Assembly (NCBI RefSeq): GCF_002113885.1
Contig: NW_018405745.1
Coordinates: 437,513-501,512 of the forward strand
DNA from: Mizuhopecten yessoensis
Lineage: Eukaryota
Reading direction: 5' to 3'
Length of the DNA: 64,000 bases
Of this stretch, positions 11,749-24,552 are shown one piece after another. The notes below the pieces were generated by a model. It was not told the origin of the DNA. It searched no databases and was given only the letters and a program-made list of their open reading frames with translations. Made by a program: the position numbers and the translations under genes. How positions within the stretch are numbered: position 1 is the first letter of the stretch; every line of letters starts with the position of its first letter.

Positions 11749-14471
11749 AAAAGCTAGAAGGTTGGTTATTACATGTGCATCATATTGAGTTATCATGAAC
11801 TCAAGGAATCAGAATTGAATGGTTCAATAAAAATATTTATACAAAGTGAAGACAGCATATATTAAAAACTTGAAAAAGTAACATTTTGATGATTATTAAT
11901 TAACTTTCTTTTGTAATATTTTCATAGTTTCTTTCAACATCTTCATAATAAAGTGATGCACTGATGTAATCATTGAAATATAGCATCTATTATAAATCAG
12001 AAAAAGCCCACTTTACCATTCAACATTTTTATTACCGAAATAAAAAACAGGATTACAAAACAAACATCACAATATAACACTGAAAATTTGTTTTACTATG
12101 TTAGCTACATCTAAACATTGTACTCTCTCACTGAAAATACTGCATTGACATAGGATTTCCTTGAAAGACATCAATATATCTGTAAATACCATAACTCATT
12201 GACCTGTGTATATTTTGCTCAACATTATGACATAAAACCTAATTGTATTATACACATATACCAATATGCTACCGCATTTACAGTTACCATTGATACAGCA
12301 AGATATTATCAATGTTCTCATATGTTAGTTCTCACAAAAAAGCTACAGGTCTTGGAGTGTCCCACAAAACGTTTGAAGTGAAGACAGAATTATTTTTATG
12401 CTTGTAAAATCTGGAATGTGTATTGGATTTCATTTAGATGATGTCTAAACATATAATGTAAACATAATAATGGTTTCTGAAAAAGAAAATGAAAGATTGT
12501 CACAATTGTTCTAAAGACTTGCCCCGCTTGTTTATAAAGAGGGGTTTAATTTAACTGACTTCAGGTTCTGGTAAATATGTGCAGACGACTTTAATAGCCA
12601 CGCGTATCCATACTCTTATTCAAACCTTTACATACTCTGCAAGATTATTTTTATTTTGTTCACATCAATATGATTTTGTAACGGTTTTTGTGTACAATAT
12701 ATATCAACGTGTGTTGCACACCATACAAGTAAAGGACAAACAGAAATGCAAAATGACTTTGAAAAAATGGCAGTATTTGAATATTTTTTTCATACTGCTG
12801 TCATTGATAATGAAATTAATGAAATAATACTTAGACATATACAAAGTGTAGACTTAAGTTTTCACCATGGTATCAAATATAGGTAACTGAAAAAATTCTA
12901 ATTGATCACATTCCAAATTGTTTATTTTAAGACATTTAAATACTGATGTCAACAATAATTTTAATCCCTTTGCCATATGGCACATATTTACATATAATTT
13001 TCAGTGTTACAAAATTCTAATTAATCAGGCTATTCTGCAATTGAGCAGTGTATATTTGCATAGAAGTACACAATTGTACATGAACGATTTCTGTACAAAG
13101 TTACAATAAATAACATTAATTTTACAGCTATATTATATTATATTGTGCATTGCAAGACATTATATTTTTCTTTTAACAAAACATGTTAAAATTAATTTCA
13201 TTGTTCCATTTATTATTAGGTTACCCCACAGCTTTCAATCTCAATCATTATACAGGAGTGTGTACTGTACCAAAAGTCCCGCAATAAACACTGGGTCGGA
13301 GTATCACTTTGTGAAGTCAAATCTGTATCCTGGATACTATATTTATATTAATTAGTTTCCTGGAGGTGAATGAGGGGAGAGCATGTTCTGTTATGGCTAG
13401 GAGTATTTTAACTTTGGCCTTTATCGGAAGTATCAACATTCATCTGTCCCACATAATGCATATGAATATTTATGGATATTGCAAACGTCATCCAAAAATG
13501 ATATATGACTAAAAATAACATCAGGGCAACCATATCTTAAAGAAAGTAAATTCTCAAGACAGGGAAGCTAGTGATTGCAGATATAAGAGGACCTCAAAGT
13601 GAAAGAGAAAAAATACAATTAACAAAAAAAAAAAAAATCATTTCACATCCCTTGAGTCTGGACTGACTTCTAAAAGTATTGCAATGAGTCATTACTTGAG
13701 ACTTTAAAATGGAAATGGACCTTTAAGCGAGATTTTTTCAGAAAAAAAATCCGGCAATATTTACAACTAGATAAGTATGAACCGTAGGAAACTCAAAGGG
13801 ATCCTTTACAAACCACAGCCCCTATTATAAAATCTTGAGTGACTAGGCATCATTTATAATGATGGCATCAAACATTACACACAATTCCCAAAAAAACTAT
13901 GCAAACATAAAATAAATTCTGCTGAACACGTTGTGATATGTCACTTTAATGCACTACTTCAACTGTAATTTACCAAAAGTTGTAATACCCCAACCACCCC
14001 TAAAGAAAGAAAAATTATGTACAAAATGGCCTTCAAGAATATTAAAAGTTGATGTTCTCATATTTGGTCAATATGAACTGGATTCTATTATTCAATCTGA
14101 GTACAATAGCCTCATTATTAATTCACCATAAGAATGTTACAAGATCAGTTGAAACAATTTTGAGACTTTTAATGTACAGCTGTTATAGAATACAAACCCC
14201 TTGCACCATCATGGCGTCTAGCCAGATGAAATACAAATAGAAATGCCAGCGACTAGCAAACACTCGTCTTCATACGTACCAGTAGAATTAGTAGATGTGT
14301 CAGTAGTAGTCAAAGACTAATGGTATGACATCGACAATGGTGAGTTTTTTCATACTCCTTTGTTGTTGGGAGCAATTTATCACAAATTTTGTCGCCTTAT
14401 TTTCATTTCTTTTAGTTTTCTGAAAAATGTCATCATTTCAGTTGTCGACTACATCTATTGCACACAAATAA

Positions 14472-14604
14472 ACACCTGTACACCCACACACCAGAGAACA
14501 GGTAACAATGATCACACCTGTACACCCACACACCAGAGAACAGGTAACAATGATCACACCTGTACACCCACACCAGAGAACAGGTAACAATGATCACACC
14601 TGTA
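14472..14604. repeat. 42-bp minisatellite x3
   Basis: ACACCTGTACACCCACACACCAGAGAACAGGTAACAATGATC repeated. Confidence 0.9.
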
Positions 14605-15884
14605 TAATGATGGTGTCACCAAATACAGTGTTATTGTAAAAACAAAATTATTGAATGACTAGCAGCATTTTAAATAGCGGCAACATATTTACAGGCTTTA
14701 TACCAAGTGAAAATGTATCGAACACTAAACACCAGACATTTTTTCTCTCTTATACATGTATCATTTATCAACATATCTCTGTTTACAAAATGACTATGTC
14801 AGAAACCTTAAATCATATGGTTTAACTAGCAGAAGTTTCGAAAAATAGTTCTTGTCAATACAGTACGTTCACACAAATCAATGCAGTGCAGTTGTACTCA
14901 GTTTTATTTCAATACAATTAAAATGTGTATCCGATTACAGCAATACAAATGATTTAAATAGACACTACAAAATAAGAAATGACAGACATCATGATGACAT
15001 CTGGATATTAAAACACATACTGCATGTTTGTACCTGAGTAACTATTTCATCAACATTGGCATTTGTAATTACTTACACAGTATTTTTTCAAAACACAATT
15101 TTAAAATGACATATTTTTTCAAATAACTGGTAGTGTTGTTCCATTTTTTTTACAAAGATAATAATTACCACCATTTATACTTAATGTATACCGGTAATTT
15201 GCACACATATGTAATTTACGCAGGTACTTTTTGAGGCTGAAAATCCCCAAAAAACAAATATTTTGCGCACCATTTTTTTTTTTTAAACCCGACTTGAAAT
15301 TGAATTACTAACCAAGAATGATTTTCTATAATCAATCATGGCTTTAATTTAATATGGCAAATGCTTTCAACCGAGGTGCAGATCAGAATCTATACCCAAG
15401 AGTGGGATGACCCCCAATGGGCTGAGAGGTGGGGCCAGAGTTTAATATAGATTTTGAGACTCGATAAAATGATAAAACAATTTTGCAGTTAATTGCATTA
15501 AACATTACTACATATACACTGAAGCTACATGTGTAGGTATTAAAAACATTTCTGCATTTATTTCCCTTTCATTTTATAATCGAACACGAATCGATCGTAA
15601 ATTGTTTGAGAAATGGTGATAACGGATCATGAATGATGAAGCAATTCCCAACACTAGTTCCTGGTTGATACACCTTCATGGTTTGTGTTTAGATTCTAAA
15701 CTTTCAACAGTTCATGACCACAGATGAATCAATGACATGATTACTTTACAATTAAATGACTACATCATATGAATGTACACAAATACTGCTTTTGGGACTT
15801 GAATGGTAATGGTGACGGCAGCATAAAGAATATGTTTTGGAAACATTTGGTTCTATTTCGTCTTTGTTATACAGAGTATCGGTG

Positions 15885-17345
15885 AGCACAGTTCTACGTT
15901 GTGAACAGTTCCTACACAGATGTGATGGGGAACAGGTTGTGGGCAGTTCCCACACAGATATGGGGAACAGGTTGTGGACAGTTCCCACACAGATATGGGG
16001 AACAGATTGTGAACAGTTCCCACACAGATATGGGGAACAGATTGTGGACAGTTCCCACAGATATGGCGAACAGATTGTGGACAGTTCCCACACAGATATG
16101 GGGAACAGGTTGTGGACAGTTCCCACACAGATGTGATGGGGAACAGGTTGTGGGCAGTTCCTACACAGATATGGGGAACAGATTGTGAACAGTTCCCACA
16201 CAGACATTGGGAACAGGTTGAGCACAGTTCCGCGATATGGGGAACAGGTTGTGGACAGTTCCTACACAGATATAGGGAACGGGTTGTGGACAGTTCCCAC
16301 ACAGATATGGGGAACAGATTGTGGACAGTTCCCACACAGATATGGGGAACAGATTGTGGACAGTTCCCATACAGATATGGGGAACAGGTTGTAAACAGCT
16401 CCCATACAGGTGTGATTGGGAACAGGTTGTGGGCAGTTCCCACAGATATGGGGAACAGGTTGTGGACAGTTCCCACACAGATATGGGGAACAGATTGTGA
16501 ACAGTTCCCACACAGATATTGGGAACAGGTAGAGCACAGTTCCCACACAGATATGGGGAACAGGTTGTGAACAGCTCCCATACAGTTATGGGCAACAGGT
16601 TGTGGACAGTTCCCACACAGATATGAGGAACAGGTTGTGAACAGCTCCCATACAGATGTGATTGGGAACAGGTTGTGGGCAGTTCCCACACAGATATGGG
16701 GAACAGGTTGTAAGCACTTCCCACACAGATATGATTGGGAACAGGTTGTGGACAGTTCCCACACATGTGTGATGAGGAACAGGTAGAGCTGTTTCCAAAT
16801 AGATATTGGGGAACAGGTTGTGAACAGCTTCCATACAGATATAGGGAACAGGTTGTGGGCAGTTCCCACACAGATATGGGGAACAGGTAGAGCACATGTC
16901 CCACACAGATATGGGGAACATATTGTGGACAGTTCCCACACAGATGTGAGGAACAGGTTGTGGACAGTTCCCACAGATATGGGGAACAGATTGTGAACAG
17001 TTCCCACAGATATGGGGAACAGGTTGTGGACAGTTCCCACACATGTGTGATGAGGAACAGGTAGAGCTGTTTCCAAATAGATATTGGGGAACAGGTTGTG
17101 AACAGCTTCCATACAGATATAGGGAACAGGTTGTGGGCAGTTCCCACACAGATATGGGGAACAGGTTGTGAACAGCTCCCATACAGATGGGATTGGGAAC
17201 AGGTTGTGGGCAGTTCCCACACAGATATGGGGAACAGGTTGTAAGCACTTCCCACACAGATATGATTGGGAACAGGTTGTGGACAGTTCCCACAGATATG
17301 GGGAACAGATTGTGAACAATTCACCCAAGAAGACAGGTTATGAAT
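15885..17345. repeat. 35-bp minisatellite, ~40 copies, with higher-order duplications
   Basis: Consensus CAGTTCCCACACAGATATGGGGAACAGGTTGTGGA (33-38-bp variants); block ~16753-16888 recurs at ~17031-17166. Confidence 0.95.
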
Positions 17346-18516
17346 TGTGAAGCGTTGCACAAGAATTATTCAAAAATTTCTGACATTTTAGGGTGGCAGA
17401 AAGTCATGCACCTTATCAAAATTTCTCCTTATTACAGATATTTCTTTTCACACTGATAGCATAACAGGATATCCAACAAAAAGATATGTTTTTACAGTAG
17501 TTTATCACAACCAATAGCTATCATACATTGATTATCCAAAGCTTTCTTGAGTAAGCATGTGAAATTGGATATGAACCTATATAACAATGTAAAGGCAAGA
17601 GAAAAGTAATAGTATATTGCAGTATCTTAATATCATTTTGCCATAATAAAAACACTTAAGTTTGCAATTTTACTATAATAAACATCAGTATTAATCAAAG
17701 GATCAAATTCCATTTTCTTTTTCATGATTGCATAAAATACACATCCTGCAAGATATTTTATTTTACCGTTGAGGCTGATCACAAATGTTAAAATTTCCAA
17801 AAATATTTTTTTCTAATTTTGATTGTTTTCTCATACACAAGTGTTAAATCACTTCAAAATAGATTCTAATTTCCATTTATATATACAGAACAGGTATTTC
17901 TGTTGATGCTTTTCTACTATGTAGGTTTTATACATTTATGTAATGATTTTAACTAGAAAGTTTCAACAATGCAAATCCATATCCTAGAGCGTGTGGGACA
18001 TTATGTTCCAGGTATATTAAGTCACTAGTGTCAGGTAAAAGTAATAGTATCCTTACATTTTTCAACATAGCGCTATCATCACAATAATATTGATCCAAAA
18101 AGTTTGATGGTTTCGTTCTGATTACATGATTCCTATTTAAAGTGACAACTTGTGAGCCGAAAAAGTTCAACAGTGATTTGAAGTTAGAAAACAAATATCA
18201 TTGCACACCATATATATTAACCAATCAGATTACATGTCACATTATAATTTATTGATGTTTGAAATGCAGACAGTTTCATCAAAAGAAAATATTGATTGTG
18301 TCTATATTTCCAAATGTTTTATACATTGTAACTACATATTTGTTCTCAAATACATTTCAATAAAGATGGGACTTTATAGTGTTCAGGATTTGAAGGAAGA
18401 AATACTTTGTGCTACAAACCTATAGATACCGCAAACAGTTAATTCAAAGTGACTTGAATATATATTTACAATTTTTTTTCTGTACAAGAAATATAGCTGC
18501 CAATCCGCCTACAACG

Positions 18517-20495
18517 TTAATGATGAATATTCCTGAATATTGGTTCAACAAGATACATGCAGGTCTGCTCGGACAGCCAATAACTGGACAACACCTTGTA
18601 TTGTATATATCCGATCAGGTAACCAAACAGTACATCACTAACATGATGACGCCCAAGCATCAGTCTGGATGCAGCGACAAAAACTGACCACAGCAATATG
18701 AGTCCTGGGAATGACGAATTCACAACCAGTCTTTCAGTTAGAAGGAAGGCCACCATTGCTGCTCGTGTAGCATGGCCGGATGGAAAGGAATAGTTGTCAA
18801 CAGAAAGTGTTGCAAACATGTCCATTTTATTGTGTGCTGGTCTTGGTCGCTGAAACAGGAACTTCAGAAATGCCACTACTATCAGATCACCAAGAAGACC
18901 TGCAAGAAAAAAATGAATCCTAAATATCTATATGATATATATTAATCAGCAATTAGGAAAACTATTCAAATAACGTCAGCTTCAGGACAGTTTCAACTTG
19001 AAATCTTGCGATTGCTATTATCTGCGATATGATAAAATTTCAATTAATTCTGGCAGATAAGGTAATACAATTTATTATTCTGCAGAAGCTGCCTATCGGG
19101 CACCAACTACAAGTCCTATGCCACCTGACAAAGTACCTCCATAGTGTGTAAGTTTATGTGTGGAATATAAGGGTTTTGTTTTGTAGTAGCTGGTAGGATC
19201 ATGCTTCCAGCAGAATTTATTTTTCCTGACAATTAGAAGGCTGCAGCAAAGACACTGTAGCATCTACCTCAGACTATTTTATACTCCCTTGGTTAATGCA
19301 TATGAATTGTGTGAACAGTAACAATTTCTCTGAAAATCCAGGCTATAACATCTTAAGGGATTGAGCCCTGACCATTGTGTGAAGACCTGCAGATTGGTAA
19401 AGATTTGGCCAGGTCTATTTGGAGTTCCCAGGTTCAAATTCCGATCTGGACCCATTTTTGTTTTCCTCTCCTGTTACAGTGTAGCCCGAGTTTCCTCTGG
19501 CCCTGACACCAGACTTGTACATTTTGATAGATAGATGTCTGGTGTCCAGAGCTAGTTATATATATATTAACAGGTTTCCAGGGGTGCAGAGAGCGAAAGT
19601 GAGCATAACCCCTGGATATCGAGGATGACTGTAGGGGACTTAAAATAGCTGCTACTAATCACTAAGGTGATTCACTAGTTCTTGCTGAAATCTACTAGTC
19701 TAGCTAGCGTTAGTGTCAACCCCTGACTATGTAAAAAAAACAATGTCTCGTCATTAGAAGCTACATAATATCGCAGCTATGTGTGCACCATTTGGCATGG
19801 GATAACAAAATCTAATTAACAGTTATAAATTAACTGTTATCTTCTGGGGCGGAGACTTAGTAAAAGGAGAGTGGTGCAGAGACGTATAAAGCCATGTTTA
19901 TGTGTTATATACGTCTCTGAGTGATGTAAGAATGAGACAGGTGACCAGATTACTGGTACTAGTCCAAAATAAATGACTATCTCTTTAATAAATAATGGAG
20001 CAGATACTTTGTTGTCTACCTTCTGGTCGGTTGCTTCGTTGTAAGTAAACTTATATTGTGAAGTGATCACTGTTTGTTGATTGTGTANGGCGGGGGGGGG
20101 GGGGGGGGCAGGGGTAATGTTCAATACATATGTAATAAACTAGGTCCATACTCATGATAAAATTACACTCCCTAGTTTTGCTATTTACCTATTAATAAAT
20201 TAATTAGAACTTCGATGTGTGCTGCTTTGTGGAGAGTCAGTAGCAAGGCAACGGTTCCTAATAGCCAAGGAATTCCATGGCAAGATATTTCCAATGCCTT
20301 CATCAGAGGTCGGAGGTTTCCAACCGAGGAATCCTTGTCGGCACAAATACTGCATTTCTTCGTCAGTCTAAGGTCGACCGAGGCTATAGACTTCAAAAAA
20401 GAATCAACTGTTTTAATCAGTTTCTGGTGTTGCAAGTCCTTATTGCGACTATTAGAACCATTGGGCCTTCGTTTTTTTCTTGCAATGGATGACAT
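18517..20495 (-). CDS. PLPP6: PAP2-family polyisoprenoid diphosphate/lipid phosphate phosphatase, PLPP6/PLPP7 co-orthologue (229 aa, 2 exons)
   Basis: Exons 20495-20189 and 18899-18517 (phase-1 GT-AG intron). Contains LEISCHGIPW and the three PAP2 motifs KFLFQRPRP, YSFPSGH and SRLMLGRHHVSD. Confidence 0.92.
19482..19554. mobile_element. Short (empty) TA-flanked MITE, family B
   Basis: TAGCCCGAGTTTCCTCTGGCCCTGACACCAGAC..GTCTGGTGTCCAGAGCTA; same termini as 39453-40000. Confidence 0.6.
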
Positions 20496-21019
20496 TTTCG
20501 TTCCTCAATCGGCTAGTTCTAGCCAGGCTCAATATAATCTCACGATTTCATTGGTCGACGTCGAACTCCCGGGAAATCCCTTTCGGTGAGGAACTCTGGG
20601 TAGAACACTATATATAGAAGGCGTGCTTGTTTCCATGACTGCAATGTCTTTTTTGTTTAAATTATTTTGAAACAATGCTTATAAGCTCAAATGATATCAA
20701 TTTATATCTGTACTAAATAAAAATGCATATTGCAACAATATATTTTGAATATACTTAGTTTGGAAAGAATTTAGTTGTGAAATTTGTTTAATGGTCACGT
20801 GATTTCCATCTATGACGTCAAGGAGAGTATTTCGGGAGCGGGAGATACAATATGATAGTTTAGCGTTTGACAGCAAGCTCAAAATGTATACGAAAGAACA
20901 ATTATTGACCACATATTTTCCTGAATATGAAGAAAATTAACACAGCTTAATTTCAAGTAAGAAGAGTGCGCCAAAGAAAACTTCAAGAGACTGTCACTCG
21001 TAAGGAAAGAATATAAAAC
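20496..21019. promoter_or_regulatory. Bidirectional promoter/5'UTR region PLPP <-> FAM78
   Basis: Only 524 bp between divergent ATGs; CpG-richer than flanks. Contains ATTGG (20550), GGGAAATCCC (20571-20580), GTCACGTGAT (20794-20803) and TGACGTCA (20813-20820). Confidence 0.7.
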
Positions 21020-22832
21020 ATGTCGAAAAAAACTGAGCCGGAAAACAGCCCTTCTTGGTGTAATCAAAACGCCATAGGAGCAGATGTGGTTCCCGATATT
21101 TTATCGAAGATTAGAGTATTGAACTTGAATGCAAGAATTGAAAACCAACCAACTACAATAGATGAAAGTTCAAACGCTGTTTTGAAGTACCAGACTCCAA
21201 ATTTCCGGTAAGGCAATAGAACTTAAAACATCCACGTTTTGTCAACTTGGCACTTGACATAACTTCCTACGCATAATCATTTATTTTTCCGTCGTACATA
21301 ATAATTTGAAATTAGTATCAGTCCTTGCAATATGATCCGCACACAGGGGTGGGCCACCCCTGGCCTGCAAGGACGGTCCGTTCGTTTCTCAATGTTGGTT
21401 TTTCATTGAACTTTGAAGACCAAGAAGATAAATAAGATTCTAAACCTGAACTAACATTTTTCACAGCTGAATGTATATATTACAATTGCCACTTTTCTAA
21501 TCAATCAAAGTTGTTTTCAGAGTCTCGGCCACCATAGAGATGGCCCCAATGCCTGAAGATCATAAATGGAAGGTTGGTTGGATCCAGGCTTGTACAGACA
21601 TGATGTTTCACAATACATATGGAGATGAAGGATAGTAAGTAGTTAAGTACATGTATTATAGTTTAACTGTACATGTGCATACATGCATTTAAGTTTTAAC
21701 ACAAAAACAGTCAAAGCAGTTAATATTTTTCTGAGAACAGGAACGATCATTTTAATATGGTAATAAATGATAATTTAATGGTAAGATTAAACTCATTAAC
21801 AAAAGTACATTTTACTTCATTTATATCACTATAATAATTAAATAATTATATATCAATAATAATTGCTAAAGAAATTATCAGCACTCACTTTAATTGCAAA
21901 CCAATTTGATTTTGGGGTTAAATCTCTCCAATGTTGATAGAGATTTGATTTCATGTGCACTGAACTAGATTGTTGTTTGTTTTAACCCATATCAACATTA
22001 TATAAATTGTATACTTTGTATTAAAAAAAATAACGAGTCAATGTATATCAGTGTACAATATCATGCTAAGTACATAAAATGAGTGTCTTAAAATTATTAG
22101 GCGTTCGTGAAAAAAATCACACCACAAATTTTAAGTCTGATTTGGATACAAGCTACGATTTAAAATATTCATCAATCAGAGTTCTTCTGTGTCTTTTACA
22201 CCATGATGTGCGGTACTGTATTTTTCCTCTTTCAATCTTTCAGTACAAGTTGGGAATTTCCAGAACTGACCAGCGGACAACAAGTAATGATAAGCGACTG
22301 TGATGGTCATCACTACCCATGGTATGGATCCCGCAATGAGACTGTTGTGTTTCAGGGTCCATGCACCATGTATCAATCCGCCAATATCAGCATGAATGAC
22401 AACTTCCATCCTCACGTGACATGGCGTAATCCAGCAAACCGTGGCCAGAATGAACCAAACCTGACAAAGATTGTCCGTGATCAGTCCTTTAATGTCTGGC
22501 TTGTTGCTTGGAATATGTCGGAACAAAAAGCTTACATCCTCAAAACTGTGCGATGGAACATGCGGTTGGACATTAAAGTTGATCCAAAGAAACCATTAGG
22601 ACAAAGGGCAGAATTAGTCAGCAACCCAATCCCTAAACAGCCAGAGCTACTAACAGAGAATGTTCCTCTACCAAGATGTGCCTTGATGCCCCCTAATGCC
22701 AACAGTGCTCAAATGCTTGTTTGGAGGCCAGCAACTGGACGACCATTGTGTGTTATACCTCCTGTATGGCAGAATGATGTTCCAGTCGAAGAACAAGTGC
22801 GAAAATATGATAGCAAACTCTGCAGACTTTAA
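21020..22832 (+). CDS. FAM78: FAM78 family protein (FAM78A/B co-orthologue, 296 aa, 3 exons)
   Basis: Exons 21020-21207, 21521-21634, 22244-22832, phases consistent. Family motifs TTIDESSNAVLKYQTPNFR, WKVGWIQAC, SWEFPEL, ISDCDGHHYPWYG, SMNDNFHPHVTW, RDQSFNVWLVA, PPNANSAQMLVWRP. Confidence 0.92.
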
Positions 22833-23220
22833 AGATTACATATTTACATTTCTTGAGGTCTGGATACCAATAGAGTTTATATGATGTAGTTTTACACTTT
22901 ATTTTATATGTATATATTGACTTTTGAAGGAAACTATAATATATATTTTTAATGCTTTTTGTAATTAATGGTAAGTAATTTATAAATTATATTTTTACAA
23001 TCAAGGTTCTTTAATACTATCAGCAATCATGCAAGTCTTTTTCTGATTCTGTGATAAATAATTGTGACACCCAATAAATCATATTTAAATTTGAGGTACA
23101 AATTTTGAAATTTTACAACATTCAATTTTTTTAATTTATTGCTATTCAGTCAATTTTATTTTAATTTAAGTTAAGAACTATTCTCAAATCTGAAAAAGGT
23201 AATACACTGCATATTTATTG

Positions 23221-23260
23221 AATAAATATTCAGAAAATCACATCAATGTTGTGTTGTTAT
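23221..23260 (+). terminator. Candidate polyadenylation signal of FAM78
   Basis: AATAAA at 23221 followed ~20 nt later by GT-rich GTTGTGTTGTT; an alternative AATAAA is at 23073. Confidence 0.4.
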
Positions 23261-24049
23261 TAGCTTATGATTGATATACTCTTGTGTATGTTTATCAATG
23301 TAGGGACATATTCTTCAGCACAAGATTAGATGTCAGTGTTAAACTGCTTAAATACCTGTCAATGACATTTTGAAAACAGCAGGATCATGGTCTTATGATC
23401 TTTGCTGTAGGAACTAAAACAAATCTGTGACTGCATATGAACCATTGGCATTCATAACGGCAGGGGATCACATGTCCTCCCTTTGCTAGATGTTGTTATT
23501 CTGATATGTTTACAATTGTATGTAATTCATAAGTGATAATGTATATCAGTTACAATATATTTTGATTGCTGCACAACTTTAAAACACGAATGCTAGTAAC
23601 TTCACTTGTGTCCTAGGAGAATTCCTCTCTGACTTTTGACTTGCAGATTACTCTTGTTGGTTAAATATTTAATTATTAAATCAGCATTTGCCCATAAAGT
23701 GGTTAAGTTTTTGTCGGGACAATTAGCCCTTTCATTTCAATCCTGTTTCCTTTAAATGTTGAAGAGTTTACCAATATTTTACATGGTTGTGCATGTGTAT
23801 GAGGTATATCAATATCATTATAATTTATATACATTGTCTTGCCTTTGAGTAGTAGGACAATTGCAAACTGTTCTGGAATACCACGGTTGCCTTTTTATGC
23901 AGCAAATTTCTGTACAGCTTGGTAGGAAAGAATATGACACTACCTGGACAACTGAGGATCTGATTCTCTTGTAGCTTGTTAGGATTTCCCACTATTATAT
24001 ATATAACAATGGCGATATGGCTGGATTGCTACAGTATATCACATATGAT

Positions 24050-24430
24050 AGGCATCCTTTAAGATACAAAAGCCATGCAAGTTAAGTTGATATACAACAA
24101 GTAGTAGTTTAGTAACTGACCTTAACCATTCTTTTTAACCTGGTCACTGAAGTTGAAAATGTAGGTCAGAAGCAGCATCTGAAGCATCAAATGTGATGAG
24201 CATCCTTAGATACATAAGCCATGCAAGTTTAGTTGATGTACAACATGTAGTTACTTAGTAACTGACCTTAACCAACCTTCTTAACCTGGTCAGTCAAGTG
24301 GAAAATGAAGTTCAGAAGCAGCATCTGAAGCATCCCATGTGATAAGTATCCTTGGATACATAAGCCATGCAAATTTAGTTGATGTGCAACAAATAGTTAC
24401 TTAGAAACTGACCTTAACCAATTTTCTTAA
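24050..24430. repeat. ~147-bp tandem repeat x~2.6 (HINE-type satellite remnant)
   Basis: AAGCCATGCAAGTT.AGTTGAT.TACAAC..GTAGTT.CTTAGTAACTGACCTTAACC three times. Confidence 0.75.
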
Positions 24431-24552
24431 CCATAGTGCAGGTGGGGCCTGCCCTTAACCAATTTTCTTATGATTTGTTACCCTTTGTTGGCAATTTTAA
24501 ATTTATCTTGACAAGTAATTTTAATTTCCATCCAATTTCGTATGTAATATTG

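Noticed and set aside
15885-17345. CRISPR-like array (35-bp hairpin repeats)
   Set aside because: Repeats are contiguous with no unique spacers, no cas genes, eukaryotic context. The same applies to the 46-bp array at 34-35 kb.
15752-17360. Long Cys/Pro-rich ORFs (491, 399, 235 aa) on both strands
   Set aside because: Products of the 35-bp minisatellite; the unit is not a multiple of 3, the same peptides cycle through all frames, and there is no gene context.
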